Positions 40,194-52,815 of a stretch of 64,000 nt of DNA are shown piece after piece. The DNA comes from Malacoraja senta (lineage: Eukaryota), in assembly GCA_038087875.1 (NCBI GenBank), contig CM075989.1:12278001-12342000 (forward strand). The letters are read 5' to 3'. Numbering within the stretch: position 1 is the stretch's first letter; each line of letters starts with the position of its first letter. The position numbers were made by a program, and so were the translations under genes. Below the pieces are notes generated by a model, which worked only from the letters and a program-made list of their open reading frames with translations, ran no database searches and had not been told where the DNA came from.

Positions 40194-40228
40194 GGGTGAC
40201 GTTTCGGGTTGGGACCCTTCTTCAGACT
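40194..40228 (-). ncRNA. Minimal hammerhead ribozyme motif, best-preserved copy
   Basis: Minus strand reads AGU-CUGAAGA-AGGGUCCCAACCC-GAAAC-GUC-ACCC. Its ~100-bp host repeat (40130-40228) is flanked by the direct repeat CAATAAAGT (40121-40129, 40229-40237). Confidence 0.7.
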
Positions 40229-42195
40229 CAATAAAGTGGAGCAGTTATAGATAGCACCCATCTCCTGCTCTCCTTTCTCTGTTAAACTTTTCTTTCAGCA
40301 ATATCTACAGTAATCCACATTGGTATCTCCTAAAGAGAGTTGTCTGGTAACACATTCACTAAGCACATTGGAACATTGAGGCACCTCTCGGTGAAAACAG
40401 AAATCACCACTGTCTCTAGTGTGCCAGCACAGCTTTTACCCATTTGAGGAAAAGAGTGCTTAAAGATTAAGTACTCTAGCTCAGCATCAAACACAGTGCC
40501 TACTGGGCAATGGCGATATCTACCCTCCTGAATGCTTTATAGATGGGGAAAACCTATGGCACTGGCCGTCTATTCTATTATTGCAGACACCCTCAAATCC
40601 ACTGATAGGATGTGAACAAACATGTGTCCTCGCCCAGACTAACATCTCCAAGCATTGTAGTACGTATTTCACACAGCTGGTTTAAATGGAGAAATGACAT
40701 AATTCACAGACTCCCAAAACATCCAACTCCAAGTTCGACCACAGTAAAATGTTACCTGGAGGACAGGGGAAACACTTCAAGGAGATTCTCGAACACTTGG
40801 TGAAAAAAATATCCCAACCGACTCATGAATTCCTGACCACGCAAAAAATGGATAAGGATGGCATCATTAAACTTGAGTCTCTTTATCAGAAACAAGAGGA
40901 AGCTTAGCAAAAATTGTGGAACGAGTACACAACCCATTTACCCTCTTGTCCTGTCTGACATCTTCTGTCTTTGCTTAGGATCCATGGATCTCCCAATGCC
41001 TCATCCTCATATTACTGCCAGTTTGGGTCAGTGGCAAGACTGGGAAAAATAACGAGGGATAACTTGATCATGACCTCATCTTCACCAATCTACCTGTGAT
41101 GGATGCACCTGTCTTCAACAGTATTGGTAAAAGTGATCAGTGGAGACAAAGTTGCATCTTTACAATGAGGACATCCTTTATCGTGTTGTATGGCATGGTA
41201 ATCATGCTACATGGGGTAGACTCAGAAAAGATCTGACAGTGTAAAACTGGGCACCCATGAGGTGCTGTGGACCATCAGCAGCAGCAAAAATGTTCACAGA
41301 CACAATCTATATCCTCATGGTCTAGTATATCCCTTTTTTTAAATTACTATCAAGCCAAGGGGTTAATCCTGATTCAATGAGGAGTGCAGAGAGCTTGTTG
41401 GGAGCAGCACCAGGTGCACCAAGAAACATTGAGGTGCCATCTCAGTGAAGCTGCAACCTAGAACTACAGGCATGCTAAACGGTGAAAGCCACTAGCAAAG
41501 AATAGGGTTAAGCAATCTTACAACCTATGGCTCATATCATAGCTCTGACCGTAGGCTATTTCCTTCGCTCCATAGATGCTGCTGCACTCGCTAAGTTTCT
41601 CCAGCATTTTTGTCTACCTTTAAATGACTGGAGTCATACTTTGTACAAAGGAAAGTGGTCATGGCTGTTAGAGGATTATTACTGCAGAAATTGAAGAGCA
41701 GAAAAACTGGAGAGACTACAAATCTACTGAATATTTCCAACAATCTCATTTTTTTTAGCCAGGGAGGAAGCAAGGACAGTATATAAATGCAGAAACACCA
41801 AAAAAAGGATGCTGTAAATCTGAAATAAAAACAGAAAATCTGGAGATACTTAACTGGTCAGGCATCACCCATGGGACAAACAGAAGAAGTTCTGAGAAGA
41901 GTTTTCATCAGCAACAGACCTGCTGTACTTGTCCATAAATTACTTATTAAGTAGCAATCTACTGCATGAACTCGGCAGCTTGAGCTATACCTACATGTGA
42001 GGGAATGAGCTGTTGATGCTCCTGGTCGGAACCCTGCATTAGGACAAAATAGCGAGGGGAGATAGCTGGTATGGAGGAGAGGAGGAGTGGTGAGACAGAG
42101 ACCCTAGGATGTTTGGTGGACCGAGGAGAGGTGAAGGACAATAAGCAGATGGACCCAAGTAGAAGAGAGAGGGAGGGAGTTGGGAGATAGAGGCA

Positions 42196-42672
42196 TAGGG
42201 TTGCCAACTTTCTCACTCTCAAATAAAGGTCAAAGGTCAAAATACGGGACAAATTCCCGACGGCAATTCGTTGACCGACTCGACCGTGGCTGGGTGAATG
42301 ATGAGTTGGCCCGGGTGCTGGACTGCACACAAAGCCCAGCCGGCGGGCCAGCTGAGGAGTTTTGGTCCGGCATACCATCCAACGCATGAACCGATCATCG
42401 GCCATGAGAAGGTGTGGTGGTGTCGGCGGTAAGCGAAGGTCCGAATGTCGGACAGCTGGCTGGGCTGCCGACCGACGGGGCTACGGGCGAGGCGCTGCTG
42501 CTACACTCCATGGGCTGCACTGATGCGGGGCCGGACACGGCGCTCAGACCCGACAGTCCCCTCGACCCGTAGTAGCAGTCAAATACGGAATAAGGGCGGA
42601 CCCATATGGGACAAACCAATTTAGCTCAATATATGGGATGTCCTGGCTAATACGGGACAGTTGGCAACCCTA
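42196..42672. mobile_element. hAT-type MITE
   Basis: TIR TAGGGTTGCCAACT / AGTTGGCAACCCTA; perfect 8-bp TSD TAGAGGCA (42188-42195, 42673-42680); subterminal (T)ACGGGAC repeats. Confidence 0.92.
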
Positions 42673-42732
42673 TAGAGGCAGGTGACTAACAAACAGATGG
42701 AGCCAGGTGAAGAGAGCTACTCATATAAGTTG

Positions 42733-42907
42733 TGTTGGAAGGTACTGCAGATGCTAGTTTAAACCGTAGACACAAAAAGCTGGAGTAACTCAGCGGGGCA
42801 GGCAGCATCTCTGGAGAGGATCGAGTCTCGACCCAAAATGTCACCCATTCCTTCTCTCCAGTGATGCTGCTTGTCTCGCTGAGTTACTCCAGCTTTTTTG
42901 TGTCTAT
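42733..42907. mobile_element. Penelope-derived inverted pLTR pair
   Basis: Two arms (gacacaaaaagctggagtaactcagcg.. / ..cgctgagttactccagcttttttgtgtc) fold back on each other; flanked by the direct repeat CTACTC(A/T)TATAAGTTG. Confidence 0.7.
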
Positions 42908-43023
42908 CTACTCTTATAAGTTGATAGATATTACACAATCAATAACATGTAAAATAGAAAGAATAAAGCTCCTGTGTGTAGTAGGAAGCTCGGAAAGGAG
43001 GTGGATGAAACTTGCCGTCCATT

Positions 43024-43387
43024 GAGGTGTGTGAGGAGAGGCCTGACATGGAGGTGAGTGAGGGGAGGCCTGACATGGAGGTGAGTGAGGAGTGGCCTGA
43101 CATGGAGGTGAGGGGAGGCCTGACATGGAGGTGTGTGAGGAGAGGCCTGACATGGAGGTGAGTGAGGAGAGGCCTGACATGGAGGTGAGTGAGGGGAGGC
43201 CTGACATGGAGGTGAGTGAGGAGAGGCCTGACATGGAGGTGAGTGAGGAGTGGCCTGACATGGAGGTGAGTGAGGAGAGGCCTGACATGGAGGTGAGTGA
43301 GGAGTGGCCTGACATGGAGGTGAGTGAGGAGTGGCCTGACATGGAGGTGAGTGAGGGGAGGCCTGACATGGAGGTGTGTGAGGAGGA
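43024..43387. repeat. 27-bp minisatellite, 13 units plus a partial unit
   Basis: Unit GAGGTG(A/T)GTGAGG(A/G)G(A/T)GGCCTGACATG; unit 4 lacks 4 bp. Confidence 0.97.
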
Positions 43388-43489
43388 CAGGGTGGGAATT
43401 CATCGGTTGAGAAGTTCACAGCAAAGATCATAGAGCGGAGCTTTAGTTCACAGAGCGATTCACTCACTCCTTGTTCATTTATGTAACGT

Positions 43490-43625
43490 TCAAACTTATT
43501 GGCTGCGTCCTACGGTGAGGACGATCGTAGGCTCTGGTTGGCCGCCTGGCAGAAGGCGCGCTTTGGTTGTTGCTGAAAGTGAAGGTTTTCCGAGGCGGCG
43601 TTAAACTTAAAGTCCCGGAAACCGG
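43490..43625 (+). promoter_or_regulatory. TIPIN: Putative TIPIN promoter and non-coding exon 1
   Basis: Small CpG-rich patch ~6 kb upstream of the first coding exon; reverse CCAAT (ATTGG ~43498), E2F-like GGCGCG (~43555), donor-like CGG|GTGAGG at 43625/43626. The first coding exon starts with an acceptor 21 nt before the ATG, so an upstream non-coding exon is required. Confidence 0.6.
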
Positions 43626-45124
43626 GTGAGGCCGTGGTCCGTTTAAAGATGTTGAAAGGAGGGGGGAACATTCACGTCGTTTGAAGTAGCTGACTTGTGC
43701 ATTAAAATATTGTGGTCTACAAGTTTTCCGGAGAGATGTCTATTATAGTAAATTTCCTCTAATTTTAGCCTAATAACTTTGTGGGGGTGTAGTGAGAAAG
43801 TGTGTCGGGGGGATTGTAGTTTGGCGGTGCAGGGATTTATAGCAGAAAGGTTAGAGAGGAGGTGAGTTTGCTTTTGGCCCCACGTTGTGGTGGTCTGCCA
43901 GTTCCTTTCTAAGAGGGAAGTCGAGGCAGAAACTCGTCTTCCATCTGGGTATAAAGGAGTCTTCGCTGCTTATGGTGTAACTTCACAACTGTCGGTAGTT
44001 CGCGTTCTTTGTCCAACAGCAGCCCATTTCTGCTGTGTGGCCTATCTGTGACTGGTATTGCGGCACAAGTGGCTACAGATCTTACCATCTCTATCCATCC
44101 ATCTGCCATACTCCCCCCCACCCACCCCGACGTTAGTGGGCAGAGAGGTCTGCTTCCTGACTGAATATTTTGAACAGTTTTGTCCAAAACAACTTGTCCA
44201 TAAAGCTTTGTTTTATTTCATCACAACATTAACTTTCATTTTCCAGTAATTTAACTTTCATGGAAACTTTAATGTGATACTTGTGTAAAACAAAGTATTT
44301 TGTTGCTGTGTTCCATATTTCTTACAGCGGATGTCATTTATTTGTTTGGGGCTGCTTTGACTTTTCTTAAATTCTGCTTTGGCTTTATTATCCTGATGTA
44401 ATGAAAGAGCATAACTAAGTTACCTCGTGTTTATCCAACATCACAGTCATTCAAGGTTTCTATGTTTCTAATTCTGGCCTTCTGCATCTTGTGGCCATGC
44501 CCATAGCTGCTTGCTTTCTGAAATTGCCTCAATTGTTTTTAACATTTGGTTCTTTTAACCATCTGTTTGTCCATGTGTGAAAAGATGTGTGTGGCACAGT
44601 CCTGATTTTTTTTGTTTTGTTTTATAACACAGCCATGAAGTACCTTGAATATTTTCTAGCAGCAATTACTTGTATGTAATATGTAAATAACCCCAAAATG
44701 TAGTAAAATATCCCAACACTACTAAAAGAGCCAGGTAATTGTAGTTTTTTTCATGTTTTCATTCCTATTTGAGCAGCCCCGTGAAAATGAGGATGACTTG
44801 TTTCTATTACATTTTGTTGTTGTTGTAGGTTCTGAGGTGGCTGATGAAGCAATTGTGAGAGCTGCAGAATCTTCCGCAGGTGGGGCATGAATTGTCTGCC
44901 AGGGCAGGTGGCTGGGTAATTTGCACAGTGGTTTGTTACATATAGGACATCCATGTGTTCTTGAAACATTCCATCAAGGTCTGAATGTTCCGTCCCCATT
45001 TCGAACTGTCATGGGCCAGGGATTCCCGGGAGATGGGAATGCTGCACGCTTTTCAGAGGTTTTGAGCATGTTCTTGAATATTTTTGCTTGCACAACAGCG
45101 CTTCAAATAGAGTGTAGTTCATTC

Positions 45125-47312
45125 TAATGAATTGGCCAAGATAGACTGGCAATTGATTCTTAAAGGGTTGACGGTGGATATGCAATGGAAGGCATTTAAA
45201 GGCTGCATGGATGAACTACAACAATTGTTCATCCCGGTTTGGCAAAAGAATAAATCAGGGAAGGTAGTGCATCTGTGGATAACAAGGGAAACCAGGGATA
45301 GTATCAAATCAAAAGATGAAGGATACAAATTAGCCAGAAAAAGCACCCTACCAGAGGACTGGGAGAAATTCAGAGTCCAGCAGAGGAGGACAAAGGGCTT
45401 AATTAGGAAAGGGAAAATAGATTATGAAGGAAAACTGGCAGGGAACATAAAAACTGACTGCAAAAGTTTTTATAGATATGTGAAGAGAAAAAGATTAGTT
45501 AAAACAAATGTAGGTGCCTTGCAGTCAGAAACAGGTGAATTGATCATGGGGAACAAGGACATGGCAGACCAATTGAATAACTACTTTGGTTCTGTCTTCA
45601 CTAAGGAAGACTTAATTAATCTGCCGGAAATAGCAGGGGACCGGGGGTCAAATGAGATGGAGGAACTGAGTGAAATCCAGGTTAGCCGGGAAGTGGTGTT
45701 AGGTAAATTGAATGGATTAAATGCCGATAAATCCCCAGGGCCAGATAGGCTGCATCCCAGAGTACTTAAGGAGGTAGCCCCAGAAATAGTGGATGCATTA
45801 GTGATAATTTTTCAAAACTCTTTTGATTCTGGAGTAGTTCCTGAGGATTGGAGTGTAGCTAATGTAACCCCACTTTTTAAAAAGGGAGGGAGAGAGAAAA
45901 CGGGGAATTACAGACCAGTTAGTCTAACATTGGTAGTGGGGAAACTGCTAGAGTCAGTTATTAAAGATGGGATAGCAGAACATTTGGAAAGTGGTGAAAT
46001 CATTGGACAAAGTCAGCATGGATTTATGAAAGGTAAATCATGTCTGACGAATCTTTTAGAATTTTTCGAGGATGTAACTAGTAGAGTGGGTAAGAGAGAA
46101 CCAGTGGATGTGTTATATCTGGACTTTCAGAAGGCTTTCGACAAGGTCCCACATAAGAGATTAGTATACAAACTTAAAGCACACGGTAATGGGATTTCAG
46201 TATTGATGTGGATAGAGAACTGGCTGGCAGACAGGAAGCAAAGAGTAGGAGTTAACGGGTCCTTTTCAGAATGGCAGGCAGTGACTATTGGGGTACCGCA
46301 AGGCTCAGTGCTGGGACCCAAGCTATTTACAATATATATTAATGATTTGGACGAGGGAATTGAATGCAACATCTCCAAGTTTGCGGATGACACGAAGCTG
46401 GGGGGCAGTGTTAGCTGTGAGGAGGATGCTAGGAGGCTGCAAGATGACTTGGATAGGCTGGGTGAGTGGGCAAATGCATGGCAGATGCAGTATAATGTGG
46501 ATAAATGTGAGGTTATCCACTTTGGTGACGAAAACAGGAAAGTAGACTATTACCTGAATGGTGGCCGATTAGGAAAAGGGGAGATGCAACGAGATCTGGG
46601 TGTCATGGTACACCAGTCATTGAAAGTAGGCATGCAGGTGCAGCAGGCAGGGAAGAAAATGAATAGTATGTTAGCATTCATAGCAAAAGGATTTGAGTAT
46701 AGGAGCAGAAAGGTTCTACTGCAGTTGTACAGGGTCTTGGTGAGACCACACCTGGAGTATTGCGTACAGTTTTGGTCTCCTAATCTGAGGAAGTACATTC
46801 TTGCCATAGAGGGAGTACAGAGAAGGTTCATCAGACTGATTCCTGGGATGTCAGGACTTTCATATGAAGAAAGACTGGATAGACTTGGCTTGTACTCGCT
46901 AGAATTTAGAAGATTGAGGGGGGATCTTATAGAAACTTACAACATTCTTAAGGGGTTGAACAGGCTAGATGCAGGAAGATTGTTCCTGATGTTGGGGAAG
47001 TCCAGAACAAGGGGTCACAGTTTGAGGATAAAGGGGAAATCTTTTAGGACTGAGATGAGAAAAACATTTTTTACACAGAGAGTGGTGAATCTCTGGAATT
47101 CTCTGCCACAGAATGTAGTTGAGGCCAGTTCATTGGCTATATTTAAGAGGGAGTTAGATGTGGCCCTTGTGGCTAAAGGGATCAGGGGGTATGGAGAGAA
47201 AACGGGTACAGGATACTGAGTTGGATGATCAGCCATGATCATATTGAATGGCGGTGCGGGCTCGAAGGGCCGAATGGCTTACTCCTGCACCTATTTTCTA
47301 TGTCTATGTTTC
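45125..47312 (+). mobile_element. CR1 LINE, 5'-truncated, uninterrupted RT-containing ORF2 part (695 aa) in TIPIN intron 1
   Basis: KSPGPD, NYRPVSL, YLDFQKAFDKVPH, GVPQGSVLGP, KFADDTKL, RPHLEYCVQFWSP; CR1 3'UTR and (TCTATG)n tail; endonuclease absent. Confidence 0.96.
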
Positions 47313-49461
47313 TACATTAAACCACACTGTGAAAGCTGCATTCATCTTCCCATTTCCAGCTCCAGAAAATGGTGCATCCACCTAGTTCTTTACACTGGCT
47401 ATGTTAAACCTATGTGTCTCACTCAGCATGGCAACAACAATGCCAAATGTTTGTGTTCCTGAACTATGATTGTGAAGTGTGTTGCAGGCCTATCAGTATT
47501 GGGGGTGTCAATGAGGACCCTGAAATTCCAGGGCCTATTTTGTTTTTTTTTAAACCTGTGATATACCATTTGAAAAATAGATTTTACTTGGTTTGATATG
47601 ATTGAAAAAGAAACATATTCTAGATACTAGCAATAAAGATGTGGAATCATCCTCTTAACTTGCAGGCCCTGATTATTGAGTTTCTGTCTAGAGCCTTATT
47701 ATTTCAAGAAATGTGTGCTGCCTTTAAAGAAGAAACATTAGTTTGAGTTCTCTGCTTATACCTTGCCATCTTTGCAGAGCATATCTGGAAATGTTACTCG
47801 CCGGGAGTGGTGAGGAGGGAGTAGGAATTGAGGCTAATATTGAAAAGGTTACTATTAAAGATTATTGTGTGGAATTACTTGGAGAAATAACCCGTGATGG
47901 AAAGCAATCGAGGCTGCTCTTTGGTTATTGTCTTAGTCGTAGCAAACTTGGTCCAGCTTGGAAACATTAAATGAGTACATGAATGGCCATTCTCTTATTT
48001 GTAAATAGCGTTGTTCTAATGAGCCATGGTGGGATGAGCAATAGGAATGAATGAAAGGGGATTATAATTATGAGATGCACACAAATACAAGAAAATCGGA
48101 GTAGGAGTGGGCCCCTCGGGCCTTGAATTCAATATGATTGTGGCGGATCTAAGCTATCCTCAACTCTTCTGTGCTAGTTCTTCATAACCCTCAATTCCTC
48201 GATCTTTGAAATATTTGCCCCTCTATTTTAAATAGATATGTAAGATAGAAAGTCAGGAAAGGTAAGATACTGATAGCAAAAGATATAAAAGGTGCAGACA
48301 GATGTGGGTAGGAGAGAGAGCAAGATGGATAGAGACAGATGTAGGTGAATATCTCTTTCTATCTATCATGTAGAATGATGTGGGTAGATATCTGTTTCTG
48401 TCTTGCAGAAAGATGTAGGTAGATATCTCGTTCTCTCTATCATGTAGATAGATTTGGTCTCCAACACTCTTGGAAGATCGGAGAATTTGAGAGATTCCCA
48501 ATGCTCTGAGAGAAGAAATTTCTACACATCTCAGTTTTAAATAGCCAATATCATTTTTTGTACTTGCATCCCATTTTGCCTTGCTTCCCCACTAATGAAA
48601 ATATGTAAACATCTTCTCTGTCATGTTTTCTTAAGATCTTATGTCTGAATAGGGTAATCGTTCATTATTTTGAACTCTAATAAGGATTAGAAAACCAGAA
48701 AGGGAGCTGCTGATGGACTTCGGTGGGCCAGGCAGCATCTGTGGAGGGAAATGGACAGTTGAGGGATTGGATTAAGATCCTTCATCTGGAGTAAACCAAA
48801 CTGCCCAGTGCTTCTGATAGGAATTTGCTGGGTAAATCTCTTTTGGACTGTCTTCCATATTACTATATCCTTTTTTAGATAAGGGGACTAAAGCTGTATG
48901 TAGGATAGTGAGTATGGTGTTAACAACACCCTGTAGAATTGCAACAAAGCCTGCCTATTCTTAAATTCCAATCGCTTTGTAATAAAGTGAATGTCTTTTG
49001 TCGCCTTAACTGCCGTACTTGTTAGATTTAACTGCCAGTTTTTTTAATGATTAATCCATTTGAACACCTAGATCTCTCTGAATAGAATTAATTTGCAGTT
49101 AGAAGTGTGAGTGGGGGAGCACTTTGGCACTAGTGACGATCATTTTATTAGTCTTGAATCTGTCTGAAGACGGGTCCTGGCCCAAAACATTTTCTGTCTG
49201 TCCCCTCCACAGATTCTGCCTGACCTCCAGTTCTTTGTGTTCTGCTCATAATTCCAGTATCTGCAGTTTCTTGTTCCACAATTATATTAGGCTGATGTCA
49301 GGGAAACACTTGAGAAGTGCCCAGGCCGTTAGATTAACTGACATGTTTGATTGCGTGTCAGTTTGTCCTTGCTCTCTAACAGAGTGTTTTTTTTTACTCT
49401 ATTTTTTACTTTACCAACTTGACTTGTATTTTGTTTGCAGTGGAAAGGACAAGTTGCAATA

Positions 49462-49594
49462 ATGAATGATCCTTTGGAAAATGGTTTGTTTGGTATCCGT
49501 GACAATGATGAGTTAGAAGATGAAATCTTTCCACCGCTTCCTCCTCCATCATCACCTGGCCAACTGGGATATGGTGAAGCTTTAGCTGATGGTG
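49462..49594 (+). CDS. TIPIN: TIMELESS-interacting protein, first coding exon (exon begins 49441)
   Basis: Acceptor tttgtttgcag|49441; translates [44 protein letters not shown] (cf. human EDETFPPFPPPASP); donor G|GTGAGT, phase 1. Confidence 0.93.
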
Positions 49595-50223
49595 GTGAGT
49601 CATGTGTTTAAAATTGAACTTTGCTTTGGAAGAGTAAATACATTTATTTAAATATGAATTTGGGTAGAATATTTTTACAATACCTTAAAGTTTTTCCATC
49701 TTTGAAGTGACTATTTAGGTTCTCCCAGGGTAATCCTTTTCCTGATTATTCTTGGTAATGTCATAGAGTTGACTAGAATGTCACTTTTTCTGAAGTTTTG
49801 TGCACCTTGCAAAGGAATTTAGAATTTGAGTGCAGGATGTGGTTTGGGAACTTTATTCACTGCATGCATGTGAATATTTTTTGCTCAGAAGTGATGTAAA
49901 TGGGTATCTGCTGCCCTTGTACAGTGCTATCATATGGCAAGCAATGTGCATTTTGTCATCACTTGAGCAGTGTTCAATTGGGATTCTGGGCCCATGAATG
50001 CCAAAATTTGTGGTAAGTAATGGTGTGAGGTAGCAGGTGAGGAAACAGACTTAGTCTAGGAAACAAACTGGTCTTAGCAGGCGAATTGTGCACTGCTACT
50101 GCCTTTGAAAAGAGGACCAATCTTTCTGGTAGGTTGGAATCCTTAAGGATTTTCCAGACGATTAGATTACCAGCTACTAGATAATGTACCCTGCCTTGTT
50201 TATTTGTTTTTTTGTTCCTCCAG

Positions 50224-50308
50224 AAGAGGAAGCAGGAACTCAATCCAAGGAGCCTGTGGTACTCAGAAAACGTGTAAAAAGACCACAGCCAAAACTGGAT
50301 GCTCAGCG
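50224..50308 (+). CDS. TIPIN: TIPIN coding exon 2
   Basis: Acceptor ttgttcctccag; translates EEEAGTQSKEPVVLRKRVKRPQPKLDAQR (PKLDAQR starts the Swi3 domain); donor CG|GTAATT; phases match neighbours. Confidence 0.93.
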
Positions 50309-52739
50309 GTAATTGAAGCTTTGAACTCTGTTAACGAGGATGCTTTGTTTTCTGTAACCGCTGCTCATAAAATGCACAATCACAATAATACTTTATTAGA
50401 TTTAATTCTGGTTCACTAACCAGAACCAAATTCCAAATTGTGTATTTGAAAAAATAAATAAAAAAATCTGCAGATATTTAAAACTATAAACCACAAAGAG
50501 AGAAATTTCTAGTAATACTCAGCAGACCAGGTAGCATCTGTGGAGAGAGAAGTGGTTTGTTTATCACGCAAGTAACTTTTTTTATGAAGGAAAGCACACA
50601 CTGACTTTAGAGTAGAAATCCACAACATTGGCCTGCATATCCAGATATTTGGAGACAAGGCTTTGGAATTTGTCCACTTGGAGCTCCAGAACTGGCTGTA
50701 ATTCGTTTTTTTTCTCAAATCCTCAATGTGCCAACACTACCTGGGAATTGGTTCTGGTTATGGACAGTTTTGCAATAGCAGGAACTTTAGACAATGGAAC
50801 GTCACAGGTTTAATTTTGGGTCGGTTTTCTGGAATGCTACTCCAGAAATGCTGTTGGTTGCACCTCCCCCATTATTACTCTTGAACCTTGAATTACAGTA
50901 TTACTTGGGATAATTAGCCTGTGCAGACTGATGCTCGTGTACATTATTAAGAGAGTGCTGCATTGCTGGAATGATATATTTCAGGCGAGACTGAATTGAA
51001 CCATTCTGCGCGGCTGAGTGGAGAAACTCCATCCACGGTATTCGCTGGTGTAAATTCTCAGATTATCATTAATTATCTAATAGTGCAGATAGTTCTCAGA
51101 CTTACCCACATTGAACAGTGTCAGCACGTCAAAGGTACATCTTTGTGGCACATTTTGGGACATATTGGGGTCTCAGGTCAGTGGAAATTCTGAAGAAGGG
51201 TCTCGCTCCAAAACGTCACCCATTCCTTCTCCAGAGATGCTGCCTGACCCGCTGAGTTACTCCAGCATTTTGTGTCTACCTTCGATTTCAACCAGCATCT
51301 GCAGTTCTTTCCTACACACTTCTAGTCCCTTTGATCCTTTTTACTGATTTGTGCAGCATTGTAAAACACTTCTGGAAGTGAGGATGCCATGTATTTTTGT
51401 TACGGAATGTGCAAAATTTGTTATCTTGGATACTTTTTTATTATGCCATGGAAGGCCATTTGGCCCCTCTGATGCCATGCCAACTGCAAGCAGAAAACAC
51501 ACTCAATAGTATTTCTCTTGTTGCCCCATGATTTTTAGATTTATTGTCACGTGTACTGAGGTACCATGAAAAGCTGTGTTTTGCATGCTATTCAATCAGG
51601 TCAGATAATCCTATACATAAATCCAATCATCAAACTCGAGTACAATAGAGTGAGAAATGGGGAAGATACAGAGTGTAGAATATAGTTCTCGGCATTGTAG
51701 CACCAAGTCCAATGTTCACAATAGATAGCCTGATAACAAAGGGGAAGAAGCTCTTCCTAAGTCTTCCTGAGTCTGGTTGTGCAGCTTTCAAGCCTCTGTA
51801 CCTTCTGCAAGACAGGAGGAGGAGAAATGAATGAATGAGGTGAGCTAAGTCTTTGATTATATTGGCTGCTTTTCCAAGGCATGGTGAAGTGTAAATGGGA
51901 AGTCTGGTATGTGTGATGAACTGGGCTACATCTACAAGTCTCTGCAATTTCTTTCGGCATCTAAGCTGTGATGCAATCCGCATGTTCCCATTTACTCCTT
52001 ATTATTCATTTTGCTATTCACCGACATGGAAGGGTTATTTACAGTAGCCATTCTGGAAGGAAAAGTGCAATGAGAGCTGGAGTGTTAGGAGACTGGTAGA
52101 GTGTACACACACAAGTGCACCAGCAGGTAGAGTCACTGTTGGGGGAAAAAAATTAAAAGGAAAAATTAAGTGCAGAAACAGCAGAAGTAAAAAAGGACGC
52201 TAAGTACTGGAGTAACAACCTGCTGAGCGACCTGCAGTGTTACTCCAGCACTTTGTCCTTTTATATATTAACCAGCATCTGCAGTTCTTTATTTCTACAA
52301 TAGCAGAAGGATATTGGGAAGAAGGGAAAACAGCAGATTAGACCAGAGTAAAGATTTTACTGCATCAGGGAAATAAAGTATGGAGCCAAATTTAATTACT
52401 ATGCATTTGGGAAAGTGTGGAGTGTGCTAAATAAGATGAGTGAACAGGAGTGTAAATAACCATGTAAGAATATATGTGGTGTTATTAGAAACGTGGCTCA
52501 GAGCAGGATTGAGCATTAATATTCCTGGATATAAAGTATTCAGGAATAATTGGGAGGGTAGCACTGTTAATTGAAGAGAATGTTAGTGTTGGAGATACGG
52601 CAATGTAGAGGGGTCAGAGACCATCTGTTTTGTTAGATTTAAGGAATAGTCTCTGGATTACTAGTTCAACAACTGAACCACTGTGTCACCACCAGAAACA
52701 GTTGAGTTTAATAATATTTTTCTTTTTTGTGAATTACAG

Positions 52740-52815
52740 GCTGACTTCAGAACGAGGATTGCCAGCTTTACGAAATTTGTTTGATAGTGTTCAATTTAAA
52801 GGCAAAGGACATGAG
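52740..52815 (+). CDS. TIPIN: TIPIN coding exon 3 (Swi3 domain)
   Basis: Acceptor gaattacag; translates [25 protein letters not shown]; donor GAG|GTAAGA. Confidence 0.96.

Noticed and set aside
43024..43387. CRISPR-like array
   Set aside because: Contiguous tandem units with no unique spacers, eukaryotic context, no cas genes.
42914..43467. Four repetitive ORFs of 102-178 aa (e.g. SLTSMSGLS, PPCQASPHS, MEVSEERPD repeats)
   Set aside because: By-products of a stop-free 27-bp minisatellite open in several frames; no evidence of a gene.
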